A stretch of DNA of 64,000 nucleotides. Source: Heptranchias perlo. Its lineage: Eukaryota. Of this stretch, positions 25,118 through 37,069 are shown in pieces (the stretch's first letter is position 1; every line of letters begins with the position of its first letter). The DNA lies in assembly GCF_035084215.1 (NCBI RefSeq), contig NW_027138569.1, forward strand, positions 310,001-374,000, read 5' to 3'. A program made the translations under genes and the position numbers. Below the pieces are notes generated by a model that was not told where the DNA came from, searched no databases, and saw only the letters and a program-made list of their open reading frames with translations.

Positions 25118-25126
25118 GTGAACTAA
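25118..25126 (+). CDS. IgNAR: IgNAR transmembrane exon TM2 (VN-stop; cytoplasmic tail KVN)
   Basis: Strong acceptor atttcttttcactgcAG (25116-17) followed by GTG AAC TAA. Phase 0 fits the TM1 donor and parallels the KVK tail of IgM; unique non-repeat 3' UTR-like sequence follows. Confidence 0.8.
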   Translation: MN

Positions 25127-25537
25127 CGGCCAGTTGGCCAGAAGGTACTTCCGGTTTATATTCCAGGCTTGTGTGGGAACGTCCATCGGTTGCTGACCAC
25201 AGACGGGACTGGATTGCCTCACTCCCTCACAGTTATCGACTGGTGCACTGCACCACTTGATCTCGTATTCAGAGATAGACTCACCCAAACCATAATAACT
25301 ATTTGCCTCAATTTCTTTCGTAAGCTCATTTTTTATTTCTCTTTTATTAAAGTGCCAGCGTTCAATAGAATTCCGCATAACTGTAGTAAGCCAGTGAACT
25401 GGGAAAATTGCGCAGAATCAATTACAATAAGCTGAGGAGAAATAATTGAATATCCAGGAGGGACAGGTTGGAATTTACTGCAACTGAATGAATATTGCAT
25501 GAATCAATGTAATATTGCATTCAAATGCTGCACCTTG

Positions 25538-25543
25538 AATAAA
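25538..25543 (+). promoter_or_regulatory. Candidate poly(A) signal for membrane IgNAR mRNA
   Basis: First AATAAA seen after the TM2 stop (an ATTAAA lies at ~25345). Confidence 0.45.
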
Positions 25544-27288
25544 GGCTCAATTTTTATGACATTAATGAGTGGCGCCCTCGCCTAATTTTGAATAGCAAGA
25601 ACCAGGTGACCTTCAGACATAGGTGCTCCTTTCTTACCAATATACTGCGGTTAAGGCACGAATTGATATATGACCCAATCTGAGGGCTTCACACCTTGAA
25701 GAAATCCACTGGAAATTAATGATTGCTGATTATCGACACTTATATCCAGAAAACTGTTGGAAATCAGACGCCTTGTCTCAACCCACGGGTAAGAATTCCC
25801 CTAAAAATTCGTTGCAGTGAGATCATGGGTGGCTTCAAATCAATTTCTCTGAGGCCCTATTTCTGGCAAATTCGTGAACATATTTTCAAAGGGCCCGTTA
25901 ACCATTTGCCAAGAAATACTGAGGAGAAATAACTTACATCAGAGCCTGTACAGCGTCACTTCCTGTAGCTGGACGATGGATTCCCCCTTGTATAGAATTG
26001 CAGCAACAAACCGTGGATATTGACGTTATCATCAATTAAATTCTAAAATGAGTGACACTGTGATATGAGGATCGATTTTGTTTTAAATATGATAAATGGA
26101 TATTATGATCAGGAATAGGCCATCCAGCCCCTCGCGCCTGCTCCGAAAATCATGGTTGACCTGTACCTCAACTCCATATTCCCCTCTTTGCTCCATATCC
26201 CTAATACCCTTTACCTGACATGACTGTGTTTGCAGTGATTTGCCTAAATAAAGTCTCAGAAAAAAACAGGGAATTCGGTCCAACTCCTAATCGTCTGGAA
26301 ATGAAATGTTCTCATCAACAGATTTTATGCTCAGCTTTGTTTGAAATGTGATTGCTGTTTAATTACTTTCAGGATGTTACTTTCAGATTCTGTCAAAACA
26401 AAGGTTTGGAATAAAATAAATACCATCTGCTCCATGCTGTTATTGAAGGTATTTTTTTTACTGAAAGTTGTGGGTTTAAATCTAACACTTATTTCTTGTA
26501 TACATTTATACACATTTTTATTCACCTTTCAGTTTGTTCCAATGAGTGAGTTAGTAAAATTCATCCATAAGCATCATAAAAGCGATATCTTGAACAACTG
26601 AAATAATCTCGGGATTAAATTAATTCGAGCGACGGGTGTTTCCGATTCCATTAATTTACGACAGATATTTAATGGATCGAAGCAACTGGAGGGTGTGTTA
26701 CTGAAACATGGGAAATAACCCGGACAGTCAGTCCAATCCAATTATTAAGCGGTATAATAATTGTTACAATAAGATTCATATATTCTAAGGAAAGAGTGTT
26801 CAGTCTCAGCACCAAGTTCTAGTAATTATGTTTATAAATTGATTCATTCTTTCATAGCACAGAAATCCAACAATGAATTAACTGAAGTGACGCTTTCAAT
26901 TCATGCAGCTAAATTGACCGAATCTGTTCTGTGGCAAACTGTGGGGAACTGAAGGCTGGAAATTGCTGTTAGCGATATGCCACGAGCCAGATTCCGCCTT
27001 TCTGTTGCTCTCTTCTTTTATTAATTGAAACTCTAAGCTGTGTAATTTACACCGGTTATACCTCCATTGAAACAATATTCAAAGGATGTCTCACCAAAGT
27101 AAAACTGCACGAATATCACAATCGGCTATTTCCACTTACACTTCGTTAAAATGACAAGAAAGACTAAACATCTAAAACATTACTCGGTATTCATGGACTG
27201 ATGCTTCTTACCTTCCCATTATGCTCCTTTTCCCCTCTTTGAAGGCAGGCGTGAACACATTTATTTAAACAAAATGTTCCTTTTTTCG

Positions 27289-27581
27289 GATATACTGTAC
27301 AGTAGATTCATTTAAATATATTATGCATTTTAGATATACTGTAGAGTAGATTCATTTGAATATATTAATCATTTTTAGGCTATTCTGTACAGTATATTTA
27401 TTTGAAAACGTTATGCATTTTTATGATATTCTGTACAGTAGATTTAATTAAATATATAATGCATTTTTAGGATATACTGTACCATAGATTTGTTTACAAA
27501 TATTATGCATTTTTAGGATACACTGTACAGTAGATTTATTTAAACATATTATCCATTTTTAGGATATACTGTACAGTAGAT
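27289..27581. repeat. AT-rich ~45-bp minisatellite, ~6.5 copies
   Basis: GATATACTGTACAGTAGATTCATTTAAATATATTATGCATTTT(T)AG units. Confidence 0.88.
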
Positions 27582-28354
27582 TGTGGCTAAAATTTCATTC
27601 ATTACCTCACCGAAATTGGAATTTCCTCAAAGTTTCTCCCGCTTCACCAGCGTAACTTTGGCGGAACCTCGGAAATTTCCTGCGCAGTGTCTTCACCATT
27701 TTGGATGAGATATGCGTGGGCGCTCTGTTGACGGAGGCACTGCCCTGTTAAAAATAAATAGGTTAACGCGTTACCTAAAATTGGAATTTCAAGCGCACTG
27801 AGAAATCGCCGGGAAGTTATTGTCCTGCAGAATAAATCAAGGCACAGGAAACTAAACAAACGTGTAAAATTAAGTCTGATAGCGTGAAGGGAATGTCGTT
27901 CAATTCAAGGAACAGGAAAATAGAATCCACTGAAACATGCTGCCGATTGATATTATCATCGGAACACATTGACCTGTGCCCGGTTTCACCATCCTGGGCC
28001 TTCGCTAATCTGAAATAACGCACTGGCAATTCACATTGCGCCATTTTGAATGGGTTTAAAGTACCTGTATCGAATGAAAGGATTAACACAACAATAAATT
28101 AATGCGGAAAGGGAATTCAGGCGAACGTCTTAAGCTGTTAACCGACAACACAATTTTAACACAAGCATTTTTAAAAAAGTTACGAACTTAAAGCAAACGA
28201 ACTGAATGCCCAGTGGAAATGGAGGTGTTGTTCTGTCACCTGAACTCAATTTGTGCATTCTTGGTTATTGATGTGTTCGTGTCAAGAAACTTCATTATGT
28301 GTGATGGAATTACACACCACCTAGTGACTAATTTCTGCTATTAAAGCTTTATCT

Positions 28355-29250
28355 GAACATAAGAGGAGTGGGCCATTCAGCCCCAAGAGCCTGTTTCGAT
28401 ATTCAATCAGTATATGGTTGATCTGTACCGCAACTCCATTTACCCGCTTTAGCTTCACATATCCTGACACTCTTACCTAACAAAGATCCATCAATCACAG
28501 TCTTGAAAATTTCAATTGAACCCCAGCATCCACAGACTTTTTTTTTTGGGGGGGAGAGTTTCAGATTTCCACTACCCTTCGTGTGGGAAAGAGCTTCCTG
28601 ATTTCACCCCTTAATGACCTAATTCTAATTTTATGATTGGACCGTCTTGTTCTGGAATCCACCAGAGCAAACAATTTCTCTGTATCTACCCTATCGAATC
28701 CCTTCATCATTTTAACCACCTCGATCAGATCACACCTCAAGTGTCTAAACTCATGGGAATACAATCCATGCCTTTGCAAACCGTCCTTGTAATTTAGCCA
28801 TTTAAGCTCTGGTATAATTGTGGTAAATCTGCACGGTATATATCCTTCCTGAGGTGCGGTGCCCAAAACTGAGTGCAGTACTCCAGATGGGGTCTGACCA
28901 GAGCTCTGTATAACGGAAGCATTTCTTCCTCCCCTTTCTATTTCAGCCTCATTTGGATAAAGGGCATCATTCATATAGCCTTTTATATTACTTGTTTTTA
29001 CCTGTCCTATAGCTATTATTGATTTGTCTACATGGACACCTACATCTTTTTGATGTTCTACAGTTCCAAGACACTCGGTTTTAGGAAAGTTAACGGATTT
29101 GCCTTTCTCCAATCCACAATTGATGACCTCACGCTTGCTCACATTGCACTACATGTGCCATAGTATTTTTCCCCACTCACTTAATCTGTTTTTGTCCCTT
29201 TGTAAGTCCCTGCTGCCATCTACAATACTTACTGTCCCTCCTAACTTGGG
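28355..29250 (-). mobile_element. CR1 LINE 3' fragment
   Basis: - strand ORF 28561-29142 with GLYS.EFR.LRCDLIEV.K..KGFDRVD.EKLF. Confidence 0.82.
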
Positions 29251-30094
29251 CATGAATTAGTTAATAAAATAATGATGCCGCAACATACATATTATCCCAG
29301 GCCTGGCCACGCGATGGCGCGCCAGAGCTTACCCCTGCCGCGTGTATTCCTTCCTCTTTCAATAATAAAAATAGTTCTTACCTTGGTCTTTCAATGTTTT
29401 TCTATATTTGGGTGTTTCCGGGTCTTCTTACAAGTCCTGTCTCTGTCTCTCCCGCGCTCTATCGTTCTCTCTTTCACTTTGATTGCAGTTTTCCTTTTTC
29501 GTCCTTCTTCACCTTCATTGGGATTTCGAAAATGATTGGTCAGTATGTTCAATATATGCCCATAAAATTCCCAACATTATATCACATATTCTTGATCCCT
29601 GCTCCCCCGACTATGGCCCAACTTCCCGTAAACATAAATGACTGAACCTGATAACAGAACATGGCATTGGATACTTTACATACTCCACAGAATAGCCCAT
29701 GGATTTCTCTGTGAAGGCAGCTTTAAGGACTGATATAAAGTGACATTGCTGCACTGCCAAGCAAAACAATAGTGCAATAAATGACAGGATTCTCCAGCTT
29801 CGAGCTTCCTACCTTATATTTAATCTAAGAAATCTTACTCACCAGCTCGTAGAGCTAGCTTCCTCAGCACACTCGGTATGCGAATGTAGGGGCGTGCATG
29901 TACTGTGTACGAGCTTACGTTTGTATCCGTTTCCTGATTGCTTCTCTTGTTTAAAGAGACAGGTCACCACGGAGCTATTTCTGCAGACGCGGCTCTTTCC
30001 CGCGCTACCCCTTTTGCTTTATGCAAGAACAAGGACGTCAAGAGCAACCAAAGGTCATTCGGCCCTTCACAGCTCCTGGCTGTTGAATATATGG

Positions 30095-31645
30095 CACTAA
30101 AGAGTGACAAATCCCCATCACAAGGTTTTAAAGGATGTAACTGAGAACATTGCAGAAGCCCTAACTATAATCTTCCAAAGTTCACTCGATTCTGAAACCG
30201 TCCCTTTAGATTGGAAATTGCACATGTCACTCCGCTGTTTAAGAAAGGTGAGAGAGGAAACCAGGGGATTATAGACCAGTTAGCCAAACATCTGTTTTCG
30301 GGAAATTGCTAGACCGTATAATTCAGGATAGAGTATTGAACACCTTGAAAATTTTCAGCTGATCAGAGAGAGGCAGCAAGGATTAGTAAAGGGAAGGACA
30401 TGCCTTACCAACCAGATTGAATTTTTTGAGGAGTTGACTAAAGTAGTGGAACAGGGAATGTCTACGGCTGTTATTTCTATCGACTTCCAGAAGGCATTCG
30501 ATAAAGTCACTCATAAGAGACTGTTAGCTCAAGTTGAAGCTCATGGAATTTAGGGGATATAATTGACCTGGTTAGGAAATTGGCTGAGGGACATGGGGGA
30601 AGTGTAGGGATATTGGACAGAAACTCAATTTGGCAGGATGGAACGAGCGGCGTCGTACAAGGACCTGTGTTGGGGCGTGAACCATTCACTGTATTTATTA
30701 ACATCTTAGGTGATGGAATAGGGAGCCACATATCCAAGTTTTCCGGAGATACGAAGATACGCAGTATTGTAATCAGTATAGAAGCATTACATTCCAGAGC
30801 GATATTAATAAATTAAGGGAATGGGCAAAGCTGTGGCAAATGAATTTCGATGCAGGTAAGTGTGAGGTCATCAACTTTGGAACTAAAAATGATCGATCAG
30901 AATACTTTCTAAATGGTGAAACGTTAGAAACAGTGGAGGTACAAAGAAACTTAAGTGTCCATGTACATAGATCATTAAAATGTCACGGACAGGTGCAGAA
31001 AATGATCAAAAACGCTAATGGAACGTTGGCCTTTATATCTGGAGGACTAGAATACATGGGGGTGGAAGTTATGCTACAGCTCTACAAATCACTGGTTAGA
31101 TCAAACCTGGAGTACTGTGTTCAGTTCTGGGCACCACACCTTAGGGCGGATATATTGGCCCTGGATGAAGTGCAACGTGTGATGATACCGTACTCCAAGG
31201 GTTAAATTACGAGGAGTGATTACACAAACTAGGGTTGTATTCCCTGGAATTTAGAAGACTAAGGGGTGATTTGATCGAAGTGTTCACGATATTAAGGGGA
31301 ACTGATAGAGGGAAACTGTTTCTGCTGGTTGGAGAGTCTAGCACTTGGCGGACTTAGCCTAAAAATTAGAGCCTGGACTTTCAGGAATGAAGTTAGGAAA
31401 CACTTCTACACGCAAAGGGTGCTAAAAGTTTTGAACTCTCGTCTGCAATTGTCAGAGGATGCGAGCACAATCGTTAATATTAAATCTGAGATTGATAGAT
31501 TTTTGTTAACCAAAGCTATTAAAGGATATGAGGCTAAGGCTGGCATATGGAGTTTGGTCACAGGTCAACCATGATCTCATTGAATGACAGAACAGGCCCG
31601 GGGGGGGCGAAATGGCCTATTCCTGTCCCTATGTTCCTAGGTTCC
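30095..31645 (+). mobile_element. CR1 LINE ORF2/3' fragment
   Basis: RT motifs ([38 protein letters not shown]); tail CCTATGTTCCTAGG. Confidence 0.9.
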
Positions 31646-32289
31646 TTTATTCATGTCATCCAGCATAGCCTTTGGCGACACTTTAAATGTCTTCAGTGTC
31701 TTTCACTCTACTACCTTGCAGACAGATTATTAAACATTTGAATCAATGAGTAGATTTCCGTCTGTCCCTCCTGGGCACAAATCATCCCCTGGACATTGCG
31801 CCGAATGGAAAATTAGGCTTGGAAGATCGAACATCCATGACGGATCCCGTCCGATTTACCTTTCATTTGAATTAATGGAAGGAAAATCATGCCGGTTTTG
31901 CTCCCGCCTGATTTTCCTCCTGTGCAAACTGCCGCCTCCGCAGTACAGAATAACATATACCCCAAGGTATTTTGATAGGCCTTGCAATTATAACGTGGGA
32001 TAATTGCAGAGGACATAATTTTCAAATTACTGAAATTATTGATTTTTCCCTTCTTTGAAATATTGGAGAGAGGGACATCATTCAAGTGTGATCAGCCTTC
32101 GTCCACCATGATTGTGATCAGTAATCGATTAATTCCTCTGAGACAGTATTGGAGGCAGCGATTTCAGACGAATTTTGCTAAACATCGATACGCAATTGTT
32201 CCACACCGTCATTTTAAGACCCGATTGCATGTTTTAGATTTACTTTACACGAAATATATTTATGATCTTTAATGTAGATCTTTAGTTAC

Positions 32290-32800
32290 CATGAAGTCAT
32301 TTGATGAGAGCTTGAGAACGGAGGTTGGGAAAGACAGGGAGTGAACGTCTGACGGAGTGAAGCGCAAACAGAGTGAGGACTTTCAACTGGGAATTTGGTG
32401 AGGGTGGGAATTAGGTGCAGAGGGGGAAGAAGGTGCGAAGTTATTTTAACCAAAACACTATTGACTAAAACTGACCGAAGCATAAAAGGGAGACACACAA
32501 GGAATCAAAACAAGCCAAGCAGGAGAGCAGAGGGTAAGTCTGTAAGTATTGAATTCATTGGTTTGTGTTTTTTAGTGGTTAGTGTTTTAGTGACAGATAA
32601 ACAGTAAAGTGCCTTAAATCGAAACAAACAGTTTAAGTTACTGTTAGCTAACTTGGCAGGACATCTGGGGCCCGTAACATGTACATCCTGTTCCATGTGG
32701 GAACTCCAGAAGACTTCGTGTGTCCCGGAAAACCACATGTGCAGGAAGTGCTGCCAACTGTTCGAGCTCGAGCTCAGAGTTTCTGAGCTTGAGGGGCATC
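32290..32800 (+). mobile_element. CR1 LINE 5' end with ORF1 zinc-finger N-terminus
   Basis: MAGHLGPVTCTSCSMWE...NHMCRKCCQLFELELRVSELE: CR1 ORF1 Cys/His finger plus leucine zipper. Confidence 0.75.
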
Positions 32801-32894
32801 AATACGTCCATGAAAGTAAATCTTTTGTGAAACGTAGTCACCAAAAATATGTGCAAAACTATATTGTTCTGAGAAACTCATTCTAAGCCGAAGC

Positions 32895-34400
32895 CAATCC
32901 TCTGTATACATCTACTGCTCTTGCGATGTGTCCCAACATACCCGATGTATATATCAGCTGCTCTTGCAATGTGTTTTTTTATTCGTTCATGGGATGTGGG
33001 CGTCGCTGGCAAGGCCAGCATTTATTGCACATCCCATGAAGGTTGTTTTTGTGACTGGAAGCCTGTGGCCAGTGGGGTACCACAGGGATCGGTGCTGGGT
33101 CCCTTGCTGTTTGTGGTCTACATTAATGACTTGGATATGAATGTAAAAGGTATGATCAGGAAGTTCGCTGATGATACAAAAATTGGTAGGGTGGTAAATA
33201 GCGAGGAGGATAGCCTCAGTCTGCAGGACGATATAGATGGGTTGGTCAGATGGGCGGAACAGTGGCAAATGGAATTTAACCCGGAAAAGTGCGAGGTGAT
33301 GCACTTTGGAGGGACTAACAAGGCAAGGGAATACACAATGAATGGGAGGACCCTAGGCAAGACAGAGGGTCAGAGGGATCTTGGTGTGCAAGTTCACAGA
33401 TCCCTGAAGGCGGCGCGACAGGTCGATAAGGTGGTAAAGAAGGCATATGGGATACTTGCCTTTATTAGCCGAGGCATAGAATATAAGAGCAAGGAGGTTA
33501 TGATGGAGCTGTATAAAACACTGCTTAGGCCACAGCTGGAGTACTGTGTGCAGTTCTGGTCGCCACACTACAGGAAGGATGTGATCGCTTTGGAGAGGGT
33601 GCAGAGGAGATTCACCAGGATGTTAACAGGGCTGGAGCGCTTCAGCTATGAAGAGAGACTGGGAAGATTGGGTTTGTTTTCCTTGGAGCAGAGGAGGCTG
33701 AGGGGGGACATGATTGAGGTGTACAAAATTATGAGGGGCACAGATAGGATGGATACTAAGGAGCTTTTTCCCTTCGTTGAGGGTTCTATAACAAGGGGAC
33801 ATAGATTCAAGGTAAAAGGCGGGAGGTTTAGAGGGGATTTGAGAAAGAACTTTTTCACCCAGAGGGTGGTTGGAGTCTGGAACTCACTGCCTGAAAGTGT
33901 TGTGGAGGCAGGAACCCTCACAACATTCAAGAAGCATTTGGATGAGCACTTGAAATGCCACAGCATACAAGGCTACGGACCAAATGCTGGAATATGGGAT
34001 TAGAGTAGACAGGGCTGATGGCCGGCGCGGACACGATGGGCCGAAGGGCCTCTATCCGTGCTGTATAACTCTATGACTCTATGACACGTGTCCTAACACA
34101 CCCTCTGTATACATCCACTGCTCTTACCACGTGTGCTAACACACCCTCTGTATTCATCCACTGCTCTCACCATGTGTCCTAACACACACTCTGTACACAT
34201 CCACTGCTCTTGCCATGTGTCCTTACATATCCTCTATATACATCCACTGCTCTTGCCATGTGTCCTAACATATCTTCTGTATACATCCACTGCTCTTGCC
34301 ATGTGTTCTAAGACACACTTTGTATTCATCCACTGCTCTTGCGATGAAATCAACAAAACCTTTGTTCACATCCACTGGTCTTGCGATGTGTCTGAACAAC
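32895..34400. repeat. 43-bp minisatellite split by LINE insertions
   Basis: ACACCCTCTGTATACATCCACTGCTCTTGCCATGTGTCCTA-like units at 32895-32975 and 34085-34400. Confidence 0.8.
33038..34084 (+). mobile_element. Young 5'-truncated CR1 LINE (open RT C-terminal frame)
   Basis: [44 protein letters not shown]...GYGPNAGIWD uninterrupted; 3' tail of 8-bp repeats ACTCTATG. Confidence 0.95.
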
Positions 34401-34602
34401 GTATTTGTTTTTTAAATCTTTCCTCACACATTCTCACAATGAATGGTGACGTTTCTATCCTCACTCCCGAGTCTTTGACCAAAAGTTGCCATTTTCAGTT
34501 TCTTCATTGTACACTTGTGTCCTTTGCTCTGTTAGCCCAATATGAAATAGAAATCACATTCTTTACTGTCATATTCGCATTCTCATCCCACGTAATCCCC
34601 GC

Positions 34603-36225
34603 GTGGGAGACTTCTACTGCCTCCCAAAGATACACAAAGCCAACACACCCGGACGTCCCATCGTATCAGGCAACGGAACCCTGTGTGAGAACCTCTCTGG
34701 ATACATCGAGGGCATCCTGAAACCCATCGTACAGGGAACCCCCAGCTTCTGTCGTGACACTACAGACTTCCTACAAAAACTCAGTACCCACGGACCAGTT
34801 GAACCAGGAACACTTCTCACCACGATGGACGTCTCGGCACTATACACCAGTATCCCCCACGATGACGGCATCGCTGCGACAGCATCAATACTCAACACCA
34901 ACAACAGCCAATCTCCGGAAGCCATCCTACAACTCATCCGCTTCATCCTGGATCACAATGTCTTCACCTTCGATAACCAGTTCTTTACCCAAACACACGG
35001 AACAGCCATGGGGACCAAATTCGCACCCCAATACGCCAACATTTTCATGCACAAGTTCGAGCAGGACTTCTTCACTGCACAAGACCTCCAACCAACACTA
35101 TACACCAGATACATCGACGACATTTTCTTTCTATGGACCCACGGCAAGGAATCACTAAAGAGACTACACGATAACATCAACAAGTTCCATCCCACCATCA
35201 AGCTCACCATGGACTACTCCTCAGAATCAGTTTCTTTCTTGGACACACGAATCTCCATCAAAGACGGGCACCTCAGCACCTCACTCTACCGCAAGCCCAC
35301 GGACAACCTCACGATGCTCCACTTTTCCAGCTTCCACCCTAACCACGTCAAAGAGGCCATCCCCTATGGACAGGCCCTGCGAATACACAGGGTCTGCTCA
35401 GACGAGGAGGAACGCGATGGACACCTACAGACGCTGAAAGACGCCCTAGTAAGAACGGGATATGACGCTCGACTCATCGATCGACAGTTCCGACGGGCCA
35501 CAGCAAAAAATCGCATAGACCTCCTCAGGAGACTAACACGGGACGCAACCAACAGAGTACCCTTTGTCGTCCAGTACTTCCCCGGAGCGGAGAAACTACG
35601 CCATGTTCTCCGCAGCCTTCAACATGTCATCAATGAGGACAAACACCTCGCTATGGCCATCCCCACACCTCCACTACTCGCCTTTAAACAGCCACCCAAC
35701 CTCAAACAGACCATCGTTCGCAGCAAACTACCTAGCTTTCAAGAGAACAGCGTCCACGACGCCACACAACCCTGCCACGGTAACCTCTGCAAGACATGCC
35801 AGATCATCGACACAGATACCACCATCACACGAGATGACACCACCCACCAGGTGCATGGTTCATACTCCTGTGACTCAGCCAACGTTGTCTACCTCATACG
35901 TTGCAGGAAAGGATGCCCCAGAGCATGGTACATTGGCGAGACCATGCAGACGCTGCGACAACGGATGAACGGACACCGCGCAACAATCGCCAAACAGGAG
36001 GGTTCCCTCCCAGTCGGGGAACACTTCAGCAGTCATGGACATTCATCCACCGACCTTCGGGTAAGCGTACTCCAAGGCGGCCTTCGAGACACACGACAAC
36101 GCAAAATTGTCGAGCAGAAATTGATAGCCAAGTTCCGCACCCATGAGGACGGCCTCAACCGGGATCTTGGGTTCATGTCACGACACACGTTACCCCACCA
36201 GCGAACAAATGTTATCTGTTTTTAA
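34603..36225 (+). CDS. Penelope-like reverse transcriptase + GIY-YIG endonuclease (N-terminally truncated)
   Basis: FYCLPKIHK..PGRPIVS, MDVSALYTSIP, GTAMGTKFAPQYANIFM, RYIDDIF, SFLD, YRKPT; Cys/His motif CHGNLCKTC; VVYLIRC...WYIGET...R...H, E...I...GLN. No internal stops over 540 aa. Confidence 0.95.
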   Translation: MGDFYCLPKIHKANTPGRPIVSGNGTLCENLSGYIEGILKPIVQGTPSFCRDTTDFLQKLSTHGPVEPGTLLTTMDVSALYTSIPHDDGIAATASILNTNNSQSPEAILQLIRFILDHNVFTFDNQFFTQTHGTAMGTKFAPQYANIFMHKFEQDFFTAQDLQPTLYTRYIDDIFFLWTHGKESLKRLHDNINKFHPTIKLTMDYSSESVSFLDTRISIKDGHLSTSLYRKPTDNLTMLHFSSFHPNHVKEAIPYGQALRIHRVCSDEEERDGHLQTLKDALVRTGYDARLIDRQFRRATAKNRIDLLRRLTRDATNRVPFVVQYFPGAEKLRHVLRSLQHVINEDKHLAMAIPTPPLLAFKQPPNLKQTIVRSKLPSFQENSVHDATQPCHGNLCKTCQIIDTDTTITRDDTTHQVHGSYSCDSANVVYLIRCRKGCPRAWYIGETMQTLRQRMNGHRATIAKQEGSLPVGEHFSSHGHSSTDLRVSVLQGGLRDTRQRKIVEQKLIAKFRTHEDGLNRDLGFMSRHTLPHQRTNVICF

Positions 36226-36477
36226 TATAATGGGTCATTTGCTGGCTCTCTCTGCCTTCCGGATGTTTCTGCCTCTCTCTGTGTTTTTTTTTTTTCTCTG
36301 TTTTTTTTCCCTGTTTGTTTTTTTGTTGAATGTGTATTCGGAGGTTCTGCAGGTAACACCTCTCTGTCTGAACACGGTGATTGCCTTGGCAACGGGCAGT
36401 TGCAGGGGCAGTCTGTAAACACCATGTATTATTGTTCAATATGTATAAATGCGTAGGCTTCAAGGAGATCTTGAAAC

Positions 36478-36518
36478 ATTTGCCTGAGGAAGGAGAAAAT
36501 CTCCGAAAGCTTGTGAAT
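36478..36518 (+). ncRNA. Minimal type I hammerhead ribozyme in Penelope terminal repeat
   Basis: ATTTGC-CTGAGGA-aGGAGAaaaTCTCC-GAAA-GC-TT-GTGAAT: CUGANGA and GAAA cores, stem II GGAGA/TCTCC, stem I ATTTGC/GTGAAT (with G-U pairs), helix III reduced to palindromic AGCT. Confidence 0.72.
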
Positions 36519-37069
36519 TTAAAATAAAATTGCTGGACTATAACTTGGTGTTGTAAAATTGTTTACAATTGTCAACCCCAGTCCATCACCGGCATCTCCA
36601 CATCATATATACCACGGTCTAAGAAGTAATGATGAATTTCACGAAGGCAATGGCTACTCAACAGTTTAACTGACATGTGCAGTTTTAGGCGCTCCATTAA
36701 AGAAAGAATATAAATGTCACAGACCGCGTTCCAAGTAGATTCACGAGGGGATGCCAGGAATGGAAGTTAGATCATTAAAATTGATGGGATTTTTCGAGTT
36801 GATCAGAAAAGCCGAAGAAGAGATTCATTGAGCTTTTCAGAATTCTGGAGGATTTTAATTGGATGGATAGGGAAATCTATTTCCTTTGATTGGGGAGTCA
36901 ATGATGAAGAGTGATCAATTTAAAATTGTAATTAAGAGAGTCAGGAGACCGGCTTTGAGAAATCGTTATAATTGGAGGGTTGTTTGAGACGCAACACGGT
37001 CAATGGTTGTGGCAAAGAACAGGAGAGTGTTAGGGGAAAACTAAATAATTATAAGAAGGAGAGAAAATA

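Larger units (their letters stand above)
34575..36606 (+). mobile_element. Penelope-like retroelement, 5'-truncated, with 3' pseudo-LTR
   Basis: Long open RT + GIY-YIG ORF followed by a T-rich 3' region and a terminal repeat ending ...GGCATCTCCACATCAT that recurs at 4.87 kb and 44.82 kb. Confidence 0.92.

Noticed and set aside
16134-26306. B-cell enhancer motifs: octamer ATGCAAAT (16134), ETS-like CACTTCCT (~25064, ~25957), EICE-like GGAAATGAAA (26297)
   Set aside because: Short isolated motifs are expected by chance in 64 kb, with no clustering strong enough to call.
32921-33037. N-terminal part of the 360-aa ORF as a novel fusion protein
   Set aside because: The frame runs by chance through a minisatellite and an antisense LINE tail into a 5'-truncated CR1 RT.
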